NCBI GenBank assembly: GCA_020059605.1
Contig: JAGVBT010000012.1
Coordinates: forward strand, 5,431 to 69,430
Length of the DNA stretch: 64,000 nucleotides
From: Deltaproteobacteria bacterium
GTDB taxonomy: Bacteria; Desulfobacterota; BSN033; UBA1163
Reading direction: 5' to 3'
Below the pieces are notes generated by a model. It was given only the letters and a program-made list of their open reading frames with translations. It was not told where the DNA came from and made no database searches. Positions 1 through 10,124 of this stretch are shown here, one piece after another. Each line of letters begins with the position of its first letter. The first letter of the stretch is position 1. The position numbers and the translations under genes were made by a program.

Positions 1-870
1 TGGGCCAAGGAGATTGAGAAGAGAACAGGCGGAAAGGTTCAGATCACGGTATTTCCGGGTGGGACCCTGACCCCTCCGGATAAGAACTATGACGGCGTCG
101 TTAAGGGGATTTCAGATATTGGTTTTTCAGTAATGGCCTATACCCGGGGAAAATTCCCTTTGACCGAGGTTTCTGACTTGCCCATGGGCATTAAATCCGG
201 TCTGGTTGCTACGAAAGTGATCAGTGACTATTACAAGAAATTTACCCCCAAGGAATTTGATGAAGTAAAAATCATGTACCTCCATGGCCATGGCCCCGGA
301 ATCCTTCACAGCAAAAAGGAGATCACAAAGCTTGAAGACCTTAAAGGGTTGAAGATCCGGTGCACGGGGATGGCCGCCAAAATAGTCGCGGCTCTCGGGG
401 CTACTCCTGTGGCCATGCCCATGGGCGAGACCTACGACGCCTTGAGCAGAGGCGTGGTTGATGCCTCCATGGCGCCCCAGGAAGCACTGCAAGGGTGGAA
501 ATGGGGAGAAGTGGTGAAGTTCACCATTGAGAACTTCACCACCTCCTACAGCACCGGCATGTTTGTCGTAATGAATAAGGCAAAGTGGAATTCCCTTCCC
601 CCCGACATTCAGAAGATCATCGAGCAGGTCAACGAGGAGTATATCGAAAAACAGGGGAAGGTGTGGGATGAGATCGATAAAGCGGGAAGGGATTATACGA
701 TAGGCCGGGGCAACAAAATCATCTCTCTTTCACAGGACGAAAGCCTGAGATGGGAAAAGACGGTCAAACCCCTTCTTGATGAATATAAGAAAAACATGAA
801 AGATAAAGGCCTGCCCGGAGAAGAGGTGCTCAGTTTCTATTTCCAGACGATCTACAAATACCAGAAGTAA
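1..870 (+). CDS. dctP: TRAP transporter substrate-binding protein (5'-partial, runs off window)
   Basis: Frame open from base 1 (WAKEIEKRTGGKVQITVFPGGTL...); DLKGLKIR and LGATPVAMPMGETYDALSRGVVD are DctP motifs; followed by DctQ/DctM. Confidence 0.93.
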   Translation, partial: WAKEIEKRTGGKVQITVFPGGTLTPPDKNYDGVVKGISDIGFSVMAYTRGKFPLTEVSDLPMGIKSGLVATKVISDYYKKFTPKEFDEVKIMYLHGHGPGILHSKKEITKLEDLKGLKIRCTGMAAKIVAALGATPVAMPMGETYDALSRGVVDASMAPQEALQGWKWGEVVKFTIENFTTSYSTGMFVVMNKAKWNSLPPDIQKIIEQVNEEYIEKQGKVWDEIDKAGRDYTIGRGNKIISLSQDESLRWEKTVKPLLDEYKKNMKDKGLPGEEVLSFYFQTIYKYQK

Positions 871-880
871 TTGAGACAAA

Positions 881-909
881 GGGGAAGGGCGGATATCCCT
901 CTCTTCCCC
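881..909 (+). terminator. Hairpin between dctP and dctQ (terminator or mRNA-stabilising stem)
   Basis: GGGGAAG...CTTCCCC inverted repeat followed by TTTAT. Confidence 0.45.
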
Positions 910-952
910 TTTATATCATCCTGCAGAACCAGCGAGAGAAAAGGAGTCGTTC

Positions 953-1435
953 ATGAGGGCTTTTTTAAACGGAACCAGAGCGTTAAGCCGTTTCCTAAAT
1001 ATCATCGCAGGGGTCAGCCTGACCTTCCTGATGTTGCTCACCGTGATGGACGTCATTTTAAGGGGATTGAGGATCCCGATTGTCGGGACCTATGAACTGG
1101 TGGCTTTTGCGGGGGCCGTTGTCATCGGATTCGCCATTCCCTATACCTCCTGGCTGAGGGCCCATATCTTCGTCGATTTTTTTATTTTGAAATTTTCGCA
1201 AAAGGTAAGAAATATATTCAATATTTCCACGCGGACGGTGGTGACCGTCTTATTCTTCCTGGTCGGTTGGAATATGATCAAATTCGGGATCGACCTGCAG
1301 CGGTCAGGAGAAGTCTCGCTCACCCTGCAGATGCCTTTCTACCCCGTTGCCTATGGCGTGGGGTTCTGTTGCTTTGTGCAATGTCTGGTGATGGTTTGCG
1401 ATATTGTCAAGATTGCCGGAGGAGAATATGAGTGA
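953..1435 (+). CDS. dctQ: TRAP transporter small permease
   Basis: 160 aa, four hydrophobic segments, GTYELV and AHIFVD motifs; AGGAG RBS. Confidence 0.9.
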   Translation: MRAFLNGTRALSRFLNIIAGVSLTFLMLLTVMDVILRGLRIPIVGTYELVAFAGAVVIGFAIPYTSWLRAHIFVDFFILKFSQKVRNIFNISTRTVVTVLFFLVGWNMIKFGIDLQRSGEVSLTLQMPFYPVAYGVGFCCFVQCLVMVCDIVKIAGGEYE

Positions 1436-2729
1436 AGTGACCATTGGAATTTTAGGCCTGGTGTTGGTGCTGGTCTTGTTTCTCACGGGCATCGAATTGG
1501 GTTTTGCCATGGCCTTAATCGGTTTCCTCGGGTTCAGTTATATTGTCTCTTTCCATGCCGGTTTGAACTTATTGGCCAAGGACTTCTTTGATGTTTTTGC
1601 GTCCTATGGGTTTACGGTCATTCCCCTCTTCGTGCTCATGGGCCAGATCGCCTTTAATGCGGGGATTGCCAAAAGGCTCTACGACGCCTCCTACAAATTC
1701 ATCGGCCACATTCCAGGAGGGCTGGCCATGGCGACCGTGGCGGGGGCCACAGCCTTCAAGGCGATCTGCGGGTCGTCGCCGGCCACGGCGGCCACGTTCG
1801 CCAGCGTGGCTGTTCCCGAGATGGACCGTTACAACTATGACAAGAAACTTTCCACGGGGATCGTTGCCACGGTGGGAACGCTCGGCATTCTCATCCCGCC
1901 CAGCGTGACGCTGATCGTTTTCGGGATTATTACGGAACAATCCATCGGCAAGCTATTTTTGGCCGGGATTATTCCCGGGCTGATCATTGCCTTCTTTTTC
2001 GTCGTCATCATCTATGCCTGGTGTAAGATCAATCCGAACCTGGGTCCCAAGGGCGGGAAATCGACCTGGAGGGCGAGAATCGCCTCCCTGCCGGAGGTGA
2101 TCTGGGTTGTGGTGATTTTCCTGCTCATCATCTTCGGATTGATGAAAGGATTTTTCACTCCCACCGAGGCGGGCAGCGTGGGGACCTTTGCCGTTCTCGT
2201 TCTCACCGTCCTCAAGAGGGATATGAATTTCAAGGGATATCTCAAATCGGTGTCAGAATCGCTGCGAACCGCGTGCATGGTCCTGATGCTCATCGCCGGG
2301 TCGACGGTCCTCGGACATTTTCTGGCCGTGACCAAGATCCCGATGATTGCCGCCGACTGGATTATTGAACTTCCTTTCCATAAACATACCATCATGGTCC
2401 TGATCGCGTTCATTTACCTTTTGGGCGGTTCCTTTATCGATGACCTGGCTTTCATGGTGTTAGCCACCCCCATCTTCTACCCAGTCATCATCAAGATGGG
2501 TTTTGATCCGATCTGGTTCGGAATGATCATCGGCGTCACGGTGATGATCGGGGTGGTCATTCCTCCCGTGGCCATCAATGTCTTCGTCGTGAAGAATATT
2601 ACCAAGGTGCCCTTTGGTGTGATCTACGCGGGAGTTCTGCCTTTTCTGATCAGCCTCGTCGTTGGCGGCGCCTTGTTGTTTCTATTTCCACAACTTGCCC
2701 TTTATCTTCCCTCGGTATTGATGAAATAG
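1428..2729 (+). CDS. dctM: TRAP transporter large permease
   Basis: IPLFVLMG, GSSPATAA, GILIPPS, FTPTEAG motifs; ATG at 1428 after GGAGGAG. Confidence 0.93.
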   Translation: MSEVTIGILGLVLVLVLFLTGIELGFAMALIGFLGFSYIVSFHAGLNLLAKDFFDVFASYGFTVIPLFVLMGQIAFNAGIAKRLYDASYKFIGHIPGGLAMATVAGATAFKAICGSSPATAATFASVAVPEMDRYNYDKKLSTGIVATVGTLGILIPPSVTLIVFGIITEQSIGKLFLAGIIPGLIIAFFFVVIIYAWCKINPNLGPKGGKSTWRARIASLPEVIWVVVIFLLIIFGLMKGFFTPTEAGSVGTFAVLVLTVLKRDMNFKGYLKSVSESLRTACMVLMLIAGSTVLGHFLAVTKIPMIAADWIIELPFHKHTIMVLIAFIYLLGGSFIDDLAFMVLATPIFYPVIIKMGFDPIWFGMIIGVTVMIGVVIPPVAINVFVVKNITKVPFGVIYAGVLPFLISLVVGGALLFLFPQLALYLPSVLMK

Positions 2730-2838
2730 AGAGACTGTAAGAGGAACGTTTTACTTGAGGATCGCTTCGCTTGAGGAGCGCTTCGTTTGAGGATGTAGGA
2801 TCGGTTTTGTTTAAGCGAAGGGGCCTTTGCCTCAAACC

Positions 2839-4116
2839 TCAAGTTCTCCGAAGGAGAACGCTCCTCCAACTTGATCTTCGTCGTCTTTTCTTCGGCCTTT
2901 GGGGCCACCAGGGCAATAAATCAGAGGGGACCGCGTTGCGAAGGAGACGGGGGACCTCCTCCCCTTTCGCCCGAGCTTTCAGGCCAAAGAGAAGAACCGC
3001 CTCCTCGAAATATTTCTTCGTTCTCATCCTCCTGGGAATGATTCCCCGATCGATCGCCTTCTTCAAATAAGGTTGGGCCAACAGAATTAATGAAGTCATC
3101 TCTTTTGTTCCTTTTGGGACAGAGAAAGGGGTGAGGATATCCCGAATGACGAGCCGCATGGTCTGGGCCCGGTAGAAGTGTTGCTCCTTTTCACCCAGAA
3201 AAGGGTGCTCAGGCGTTAAAACCTTCAAGGCGGGAGTCAGAAAAAGGGCAAAGAGAATATAATCCAAAACAGGCCTGCCTATTTTTACCAGCTCATCCAC
3301 GAGACCGAAAAGCGTCAGGAATACTTCCCGGTCGCGGTCTTTGTAGGGATTTCGATCTCCGAAAACCCTGTCAAGGCCGGGAAAGAGGGAGAGGAGAAGG
3401 TCCGTCCGGAGTATTAAACTCAGAGAGGGTTTTGCCGCCCCGTCCTTCAAATCCCGGAGGAATTCATCCCTCAGGCGGGAGGGGGAGCACTTTTTAATCT
3501 CTTCCCGGCGCCATAGAATTGCCTGATAGGTCCGGTCATCTATGGAGAATCCTGTACGGGTGGCATGACGGATGACCCGGATCATCCGGACCGGGTCCTG
3601 CTGAAATCTTTCATCCGGGTCGCCAATGGTGCGAATGATCTTCCGTTGGAGGTCGGCCATCCCGCCGACATAGTCGATAATTGAGAAATCCGCAATGTTG
3701 TAAAAGAGGCCGTTGATCGTAATGTCCCGGCGAAAGGCATCCTCCCTGGGCGTTCCAAAACTGTCTGCCCTTATGGTTTCACCCTCTTCGTTTTGTGTCT
3801 CCTCAAACTCGGACCGGCTTCGGAAAGTCGAAACCTCGATGATCTTCCGATCTTTAAAGAAGATATGGATGAGCCGAAACCTTCGTCCGATGGCGCGGCT
3901 GTTTTTAAAGAGGGCGCTGATTTCGTGGGGATGGGCGTTGGTGGCGATATCGAAGTCCTTGGGGACCTTTCCGAGAAGAAGGTCGCGAACGCTTCCTCCA
4001 ACGAGGTAAGAGGTAAACCCATGCCGGTGGAGGCGGTACAGAACCTTGAGCGCCTCCTCGTCGATCATCGATCTTGAAATCGGGTGTTCCGGTCTTGGAA
4101 TGACAAGCGGATTCAT
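2839..4116 (-). CDS. pcnB: Poly(A) polymerase I / CCA-adding family nucleotidyltransferase
   Basis: YLVGGSVRDLLLG, KDFDIAT, IGRRFRLIHI (PAP signature), RRDITING, basic C-terminal tail; ATG at 4116 overlaps upstream TGA. Confidence 0.88.
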   Translation of the reverse strand: MNPLVIPRPEHPISRSMIDEEALKVLYRLHRHGFTSYLVGGSVRDLLLGKVPKDFDIATNAHPHEISALFKNSRAIGRRFRLIHIFFKDRKIIEVSTFRSRSEFEETQNEEGETIRADSFGTPREDAFRRDITINGLFYNIADFSIIDYVGGMADLQRKIIRTIGDPDERFQQDPVRMIRVIRHATRTGFSIDDRTYQAILWRREEIKKCSPSRLRDEFLRDLKDGAAKPSLSLILRTDLLLSLFPGLDRVFGDRNPYKDRDREVFLTLFGLVDELVKIGRPVLDYILFALFLTPALKVLTPEHPFLGEKEQHFYRAQTMRLVIRDILTPFSVPKGTKEMTSLILLAQPYLKKAIDRGIIPRRMRTKKYFEEAVLLFGLKARAKGEEVPRLLRNAVPSDLLPWWPQRPKKRRRRSSWRSVLLRRT

Positions 4117-4481
4117 TTTGAGAGTGTGAGCGCCCCTGGAGTACAAACCTTGATACACTGAGGATTTCCCAGGCACAAATCACAATGGTAAGCGTTCCCG
4201 CCGAGAATCGTCAAGGCATCAAAAGGACATCTTTTTGCTCTTTTATAACTCCAAATAAATTTTTTCTTTTCCTGATGACGACCACCTTCCTCCCCATCGA
4301 GGCATTTCATTTCTCTACACTGACGGCAGAGAAGAGGCGTATTGAGGCTCGTATCGAGGTCGTCTTTTTTAATATGAATGGCTGATCTTCCTGAATTGAT
4401 GATCCCTAAATGAAAAAGGGAACAGACCATTTCACAGAGATGACAGCCGCTGCATTTTTCTTTGTTAACCTTAATTTTCAT
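4113..4481 (-). CDS. 4Fe-4S ferredoxin-type subunit of AOR
   Basis: CSGCHLCEMVC, CRQC, CDLC...CIKVCTP; translationally coupled to AOR. Confidence 0.85.
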   Translation of the reverse strand: MKIKVNKEKCSGCHLCEMVCSLFHLGIINSGRSAIHIKKDDLDTSLNTPLLCRQCREMKCLDGEEGGRHQEKKKFIWSYKRAKRCPFDALTILGGNAYHCDLCLGNPQCIKVCTPGALTLSK

Positions 4482-6337
4482 CCGGACAGCCCAAGTTTCT
4501 TCAAGCTCTCTCTTTTCGGAATTCCATTCTTATCCCAACCGTGAAGCCGATAATACTCATCGAGCATCCCGTCAAATCCTTCACTTGAGATGACTTCCCC
4601 CTTGGCAGGCCCTGCCGGGATGGGTGTTTCAAAGTACCGTTTGGGAAGGGTATCATCCTTACGGGAGATCCCATCCCTGACCAGCATCATTCTCTCCAGG
4701 GTATAGATCCTTTCCCCGATGATTTTCAATTCTCTTGGAGTCATTGCAAGCCCCGTGGAAAGTCCGATCAGTTTAGAAAATTGCTGATACTGGGGTGCAT
4801 GAGGGCTTGAAAAAACCGTGAGGAAACGGCAGAACCCCAGGGAATCGCATACGGCATTGAGAAGCTCATGCCACCAGACCATCCTCCCTTTGCCCGAATA
4901 GGATGAAAATTGGCTGCTCACAGGTCCGCCGTAAATCTTCTTCAGGACTTCCTCCGGAAGCCCAAGAACATCGAGAGAAGGGCGGCTTCTCATGTGGCAG
5001 GCGCCCCGCGTGGAGGTCGCCATCCCAAGAGCAAAACTTTTAGGGAGACGTTCATCGGTCATCTCGATCGGGAAATTTTTAATGTCGAGGAGATAGTCTC
5101 TTGAGAGTTCTTTGAAGATCTTCTTGGCGAAAGCGCCCTCCGCTAAAATACTCCCAAAACCTTTGCGATGGGCAATCCGGTGAATGAGTTGGAGGATGGC
5201 TTTCCCATCTCCCCAATGCAATGGAGTTTCTGTCATTCCCCGATCGATAATTCCCCTCTGGTAGAGTTCCATGGCCCAGGCGATGTAAGAGCCCGTGGAA
5301 ATGGTGTCCATGCCATAACGGTTGCAGAGTTCCGTGGCATAGATGATATTTTCCAAATCGAGGTTTCCTAACTTGGTTCCCAGCGAACCGATGGAGGCAT
5401 ATTCCGGCCCTTCGCCTTTTGTCCCCTTATATCTTCCTTCTGTTAGGGAATAGCGATGACGGCAATGGGCAGGACAACCGAAGCAAGAGAGCATTCCGGT
5501 AGAATAAGGTTCGAGCGCCTCGGCCTCCAGGGCATATCCCTGATCGCCGATGGAGGTGGATTGATTATTCCGGATGCTTAAAAAACCCATGGCGTTCGCA
5601 TACTGGAAGAGCAGGGGGGTTCCATATTTCCCGAGGGCCTGAACCCACTTCGTTTCCATCAGTTTCTTCAACTGCAGACGATAGGCCTTAAGACAGTTAT
5701 TGGGGTCGGAAATCGTGATGTCCAGAGTCCCCCTGACGGCGACGGCTTTCAGATTCTTGGAGCCCATGACAGCCCCCATCCCGGTCCTTCCCGCACTATT
5801 CTTCAAACCGGTACGAATGGCTGCATAACGCACCAGATTCTCTCCAGCCGGACCGATACAGGCGATTTGAATCTTTTCATCTCGGAGCGCTTGCCGGATC
5901 GCCCGCTGCGTTTCAACGGTGTCGAGTTCTTTCCATGTTCCGGCATCTCGAATCTCTATCTGTTTGTTCTTGACCATGAGATAGACGGGTCTCCGGCTTT
6001 TTCCCGTGATGACCAGGTGGCCAAAGCCGGCCTTGACCAGCTCGGCTCCGAAATCTCCACCCATGTTCGAATCACCCAGATGGCCTGATTCCGGCGATTT
6101 CGCTGTGATGTTGACCCTGGATCCAAACCCGATGGTTCCGGTAAGTAGACCGGCTCCGAAGATGAGAGGATTTTCCGGGGAGAAAGGATCCAATTCCTGA
6201 GAATAGACCTTTGAGAGAAGATGCATATTGATCCCTCTTCCCCCAAGGAATTTTCTGCGGAGGTCCGAGGGAACAGGGGAGATGCGGACGGAGGCGTCGC
6301 TGAGATTGATGTAAGCAATTTTTCTTGAGAGGACCAT
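4478..6337 (-). CDS. aor: Tungsten-dependent aldehyde:ferredoxin oxidoreductase family protein
   Basis: FLGGRG, AKSP, IGPAGENLV, GRTGMGAVMGSKNLKA, CFGCPAHC, GPEY, GMDTIS, RGACH, YYRLHGWD; start set at 6337 (GGAG RBS). Confidence 0.92.
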   Translation of the reverse strand: MVLSRKIAYINLSDASVRISPVPSDLRRKFLGGRGINMHLLSKVYSQELDPFSPENPLIFGAGLLTGTIGFGSRVNITAKSPESGHLGDSNMGGDFGAELVKAGFGHLVITGKSRRPVYLMVKNKQIEIRDAGTWKELDTVETQRAIRQALRDEKIQIACIGPAGENLVRYAAIRTGLKNSAGRTGMGAVMGSKNLKAVAVRGTLDITISDPNNCLKAYRLQLKKLMETKWVQALGKYGTPLLFQYANAMGFLSIRNNQSTSIGDQGYALEAEALEPYSTGMLSCFGCPAHCRHRYSLTEGRYKGTKGEGPEYASIGSLGTKLGNLDLENIIYATELCNRYGMDTISTGSYIAWAMELYQRGIIDRGMTETPLHWGDGKAILQLIHRIAHRKGFGSILAEGAFAKKIFKELSRDYLLDIKNFPIEMTDERLPKSFALGMATSTRGACHMRSRPSLDVLGLPEEVLKKIYGGPVSSQFSSYSGKGRMVWWHELLNAVCDSLGFCRFLTVFSSPHAPQYQQFSKLIGLSTGLAMTPRELKIIGERIYTLERMMLVRDGISRKDDTLPKRYFETPIPAGPAKGEVISSEGFDGMLDEYYRLHGWDKNGIPKRESLKKLGLSG

Positions 6338-6388
6338 TTTGATCTCCATTATAACAGAATCGTATTCAAAAGGCCTCCTCTCCCCCAT

Positions 6389-6519
6389 GAGACTGTGTCA
6401 TAATGCCGTTCATGCTTCGAGAACCTCACCACGAAGGGATAACGGCATGTTAAAATCAATCACTTAGCCGTTCGTCCTGAGCGTGTCGAAGGGCGAATGG
6501 CTCATTACGACACAGTCTC
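6389..6519. mobile_element. 131-bp MITE-like element, copy 1
   Basis: Terminal inverted repeats GAGACTGTGTCATAA / TTACGACACAGTCTC, flanked by direct repeat CAT; sits in the loop of a CTCCCC..GGGGAG hairpin. Confidence 0.8.
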
Positions 6520-6629
6520 CATGGGGAGAAGATGAAGGCGAGGGGATGGGGCTTAAATTGTTCTTGACAATCAAACAGAATCGTCAAAGAATGTTATTAA
6601 GAGATTGGTTTCATTTCAAGGAGCTTAAA

Positions 6630-6824
6630 ATGAAGATGCAGGAGGTTAGAGAAAAGGCAAAAGTCTTAGGATTGAAAAATACATTTGGGTTATCCAAATC
6701 GGAATTGATCCGGAGAGTCCAGAAAGCCGAGGGAAATTTCGATTGTTTTGGAACCGCAAAGGATTACTGTGATCAATTCCAATGCTGTTTCCGTGACGAT
6801 TGCTTTCGCTTCGTAAAAGATTGA
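6630..6824 (+). CDS. Small SAP/Rho-N-like protein with Cys-rich tail
   Basis: MKMQEVREKAK...KSELIRRVQKAEGNFDCFGTA..CDQ..CCFRDDC; AAGGAG RBS. Confidence 0.8.
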   Translation: MKMQEVREKAKVLGLKNTFGLSKSELIRRVQKAEGNFDCFGTAKDYCDQFQCCFRDDCFRFVKD

Positions 6825-6955
6825 TTCTCAAGGTTGTGTCCGAATGTTAATGCAATCCCCGAATTCATTCCTTTTTCCTCGGTGGGAAGGCGGCTGCAGA
6901 CGGCCTACTTCCGGGGTGAAATCAGTTTTTTAACCATGTGAAAAGGAGTCTTTCA

Positions 6956-8980
6956 ATGAGTTATTCATCCTATTTAAAACCACGGCATGAGGTCATTTCT
7001 GAAGAAGGGGTTGAGGGAATCGTTGACCTGGCAAACCTTAAGGATGATTCGAAAACTAAACTTGAGGCCCGGCCAAGAGATTTTTTAACTCTTACCTATC
7101 CCACAAACGATCTCATCAAGGCGCTGGAACAGATCAATCTGAGATTTTCTTCCGATAAGGAAGAGCATAAAAAGCGGTTCCAGGATACCTATCCCTTTTC
7201 TCCCTCCCTCATGGATATCATCCTCAAAAAGATTCCCGCCCAAGGTGGTTTTCAGAACGTCCGTGGAGCTTTATCCTTTCTCGGAAACATGGTCCGGCTG
7301 ACGCATACTGCAAGTGATATCATTACCCCTGCTGATGCCTCTCTCAAAGACAAGGCTACTACAATAATGCTCAAGGACCTGGACCCAAGTGGAGACTTAA
7401 TCAATCGGGCCAGTGAGAATATGGATGAATTGATTCCGAAGGCACCCCTATCCATTCAATTTGCATCCGCTGTCCTTCTTTATACCCTGACCGGCAGGGG
7501 AAGCGATATCGGCGCTTCACGAGAATAATTGATTATGGACATCCTTTCACCATCTCTCGATATCAATGCTTTCGAACAGACATTGATGGGCTTCCAGAAG
7601 TATGCTTCCTACTTCTATCACCAGGAAAATCGGTATTATTTTGATTTAGAAGAGAATTCAGAGGCCAAGGTGGAATTTAAGTCCCTTCAATATTCAGACG
7701 ACCAGGCCAGGGAAAAACTCTTCGAAATTCTGAAGACTGAAATTTTCAAAGAATCCGGGAACACCACGGTCTTCGTTTCGATCCAGCAGGTTCAGGAATC
7801 ACTGAAGCAATTTGATAAAACCCGTCCCCGCTATGTCCTCACCGGAAGAAGATTAACACAGGAGGAACGACACCTTATCTATCATGGGATGGACTATCGC
7901 AATCTTATTCTTCTGCTTGAGCCCAAAGATGACGCATTTCAACTTTCGACCGATAAAGATCTTCTTAAATGGGCAAAGAGAATTCTTGCGGCGAAAGATC
8001 TTGCAGGAAGCACCAAAAAGACCGCACGTCAGGCTGATTATGAGCGTATTGCAAAGGGGGATCAAAACAATGTCATAGACAGGATAAAGAAGGCAGGAAT
8101 TGTTTTTGCAAGCTGGCAGAAGTATGGTTCCTCCCCCACTGAAGACCAAATAGAGCTGGAACCCCTCCCAGTGGATTTTTCGAAAGATAAGGTTCTTGAA
8201 AAGCTGAATCAGGAATATTTTCCACCTCTCACGTTTAAAGAGCATATGGAAAAAAGGCTTGAAGAAATAATAGAACGCCTTGTCAAAGAGATTGATGCTG
8301 AGTATAGAGCTACCCTCGGTTTTCCTGTCCCTGTATCTTTAACAGCAGTTTCAAGGGGCATCCAGGAGCTTTGCAATGAAGGGCTTATCGGCATTCAGCA
8401 CAGCGCTGGAAATTTCTGCCATGTCAAACCCAATCTTACAGAAACTGAAATATCTAATGCCCAAATAACGCCTCCTTTTGAAAAACCCCCCACTAAAGAA
8501 GCCTGCCCAAAATGTGGAAAGAAACCATGCGTGTGTCCTCCGGTATCACCGGAGACCTGTCCGGTTTGTGGTCAGCTTCCCTGTCAATGTGTCCCAACAC
8601 CGGAGGTTGTTTGCCCAAAGTGTGGGAAAAAACCTTGCATCTGTTCAAAAAGAGAAAATATTTCTCTGGCAATAACGCCCCAGACAAGCATTGGTAGTCT
8701 TCGGCAGGAAACAGCCCATCGCCTTCAGCAACGTGAAGGGGCAGTGATAACCAAGGTGAGCTATAAGATCTTCTTTCAGAAGAACAACATCGGCGATCTG
8801 AGCACATTGCCCCCAGTGCTGAGGGGATCCCTGAGTGGTCAAGGTGATTTGACGGCTGAGATTACCATTTCAAAAAGTGGAAGATTTCCCAAATCTCAGG
8901 TCGAAACGCAGATTGAAAGCCTGCCTGCTCTTGCCGGAGCCGAGTACTCAGCCGATCTGGAAATTGAAGTTTTGTTGTAA
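6956..8980 (+). pseudogene. DUF499-family ATPase, disrupted (P-loop region missing, in-frame TAA at 7526-7528)
   Basis: N-terminus LKPRHEV...DFLTLTYPT joins directly to DTYPFSP...GFQNVRGAL with no Walker A/B; ORFs 6938-7528 and 7529-8980 are in the same frame separated by one stop. Confidence 0.72.
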
Positions 8981-8992
8981 TTCATTATTATA

Positions 8993-9032
8993 ACCCCCTC
9001 TCCCTTTGATGGGAGAGGGAGGGGTGAGGGTG
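8993..9032. repeat. CCCTCTCCC...GGGAGAGGG REP-like palindrome
   Basis: ccctctccc-tttgat-gggagaggg followed by ggggtgaggg; related copies near 6375/6525, 11240/11385, 12550, 27750 and 62310. Confidence 0.75.
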
Positions 9033-9049
9033 GAAAAGGAACTTAAGAG

Positions 9050-10021
9050 ATGAACCAAACCCTTTTCAACAAATTAATCGAACCTGGGCCGCGTCTTCCC
9101 TGGATCAAAGATTGGCTGCTAAATGAAGTGTGGAGCTGCGATCGCTATTCAAATAGCAGCAGGATTGACTTTCTTCACAAAGGCGAAGAAGAGATTAACC
9201 GTTTCGAGTCATTAATCTCCTCTGCTGCGGGTAGAATTTATGACGAGCTTTTTTCAACAACAGACCCGACGAAGAGGCTTCTCAACGCCCTTTCTGACTC
9301 GGGGACAGCCGTTGTAGTTTTCGATGGTCTGTCTATAAGAGAAATCCCGATCATTTTAACTCTCGCAGGAAAATCTGGACTAAAAGTCTCCAATGTCGAT
9401 TCTTCACTGGCTGCCTTGCCCTCAGAGACTGTTGATTTCATCGAGCGTGAATTGCCATGCGGTCGTATTGGACCTTCACAGTTGCAGGGAAGGAAAGAGT
9501 TGAAGGGGAAAGGGATTTCAGCCATATACCACCAGAACTATGGCCTGGCGCTTTCAGGGGAATATGAGGGATCTCCACTGCTTGTCTGGTCCTCTTTCCC
9601 GGATTTGACATACAGGGACAGCGGAGCAAAGTTTGAAAACCATTTTGAAAATATCCACGTCCTTTTTGAGACCGCCTGGGTAAACACCGTCCAACAGATT
9701 AAAGGGAAAAAAAGAATTATTGTAACCAGTGACCATGGATACATCTTTTTCGGCTCAGGAATGGATTTTCCAAGGACCTCTTCCTCCGAACAGAAGGAGT
9801 TGAATGATTATTTCGGAAACGACCGGAATGTCTCCTTGAGTGAAAAACCGCATCCGCCCAAAAGCGACGATGTTTTTATAGATACTGTTCACAATGTGGC
9901 CATGATTAAAGGCCGGGTCAAGACAAAATCAACCGGAGATGCCGCCTCCAGACTTTACAAGCACGGCGGTCTTTCTTTAATGGAAATGGTAACTCCCTGG
10001 ATTGAAATTCAATGTGTCTAA
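9050..10021 (+). CDS. Stand-alone PglZ-like alkaline-phosphatase-superfamily protein
   Basis: VVVFDGLS, LAALPSET, IVTSDHGY, YKHGGLSLMEMVTP match the PglZ catalytic motifs in order. Confidence 0.8.
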   Translation: MNQTLFNKLIEPGPRLPWIKDWLLNEVWSCDRYSNSSRIDFLHKGEEEINRFESLISSAAGRIYDELFSTTDPTKRLLNALSDSGTAVVVFDGLSIREIPIILTLAGKSGLKVSNVDSSLAALPSETVDFIERELPCGRIGPSQLQGRKELKGKGISAIYHQNYGLALSGEYEGSPLLVWSSFPDLTYRDSGAKFENHFENIHVLFETAWVNTVQQIKGKKRIIVTSDHGYIFFGSGMDFPRTSSSEQKELNDYFGNDRNVSLSEKPHPPKSDDVFIDTVHNVAMIKGRVKTKSTGDAASRLYKHGGLSLMEMVTPWIEIQCV

Positions 10022-10124
10022 GGCTTTATTTATGCTCCCATTAAATCATCTTACCTCAATGGGAGAAGGACACGTGGAGGTGATTGATTCAGCCAAAAAG
10101 GAAGGATAAGAAAAGGATAAAAAA

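Noticed and set aside
2741-2845. Repeated TTGAGGA..CGCTTCG units between convergent dctM and pcnB, as a possible CRISPR
   Set aside because: Units are short and degenerate with no unique spacers and no cas genes; fits a simple intergenic repeat.
6483-6629. N-terminal extension of the SAP-like ORF (likewise AOR 6338-6388, methylase 11319-11417, mce 62294-62320)
   Set aside because: These extensions run through repeat/MITE DNA; downstream ATG starts align better with family N-termini, most with a clear RBS.
6870-6925. GC-rich hairpin at the left island edge as a tRNA/att site or ncRNA
   Set aside because: No cloverleaf, T-loop or matching repeat at the other edge, and no integrase in the window.
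7526-7528. Recoding (Sec/Pyl) readthrough of the stop in the DUF499 gene
   Set aside because: The codon is TAA, not TGA or TAG; a nonsense mutation or sequencing error is simpler.
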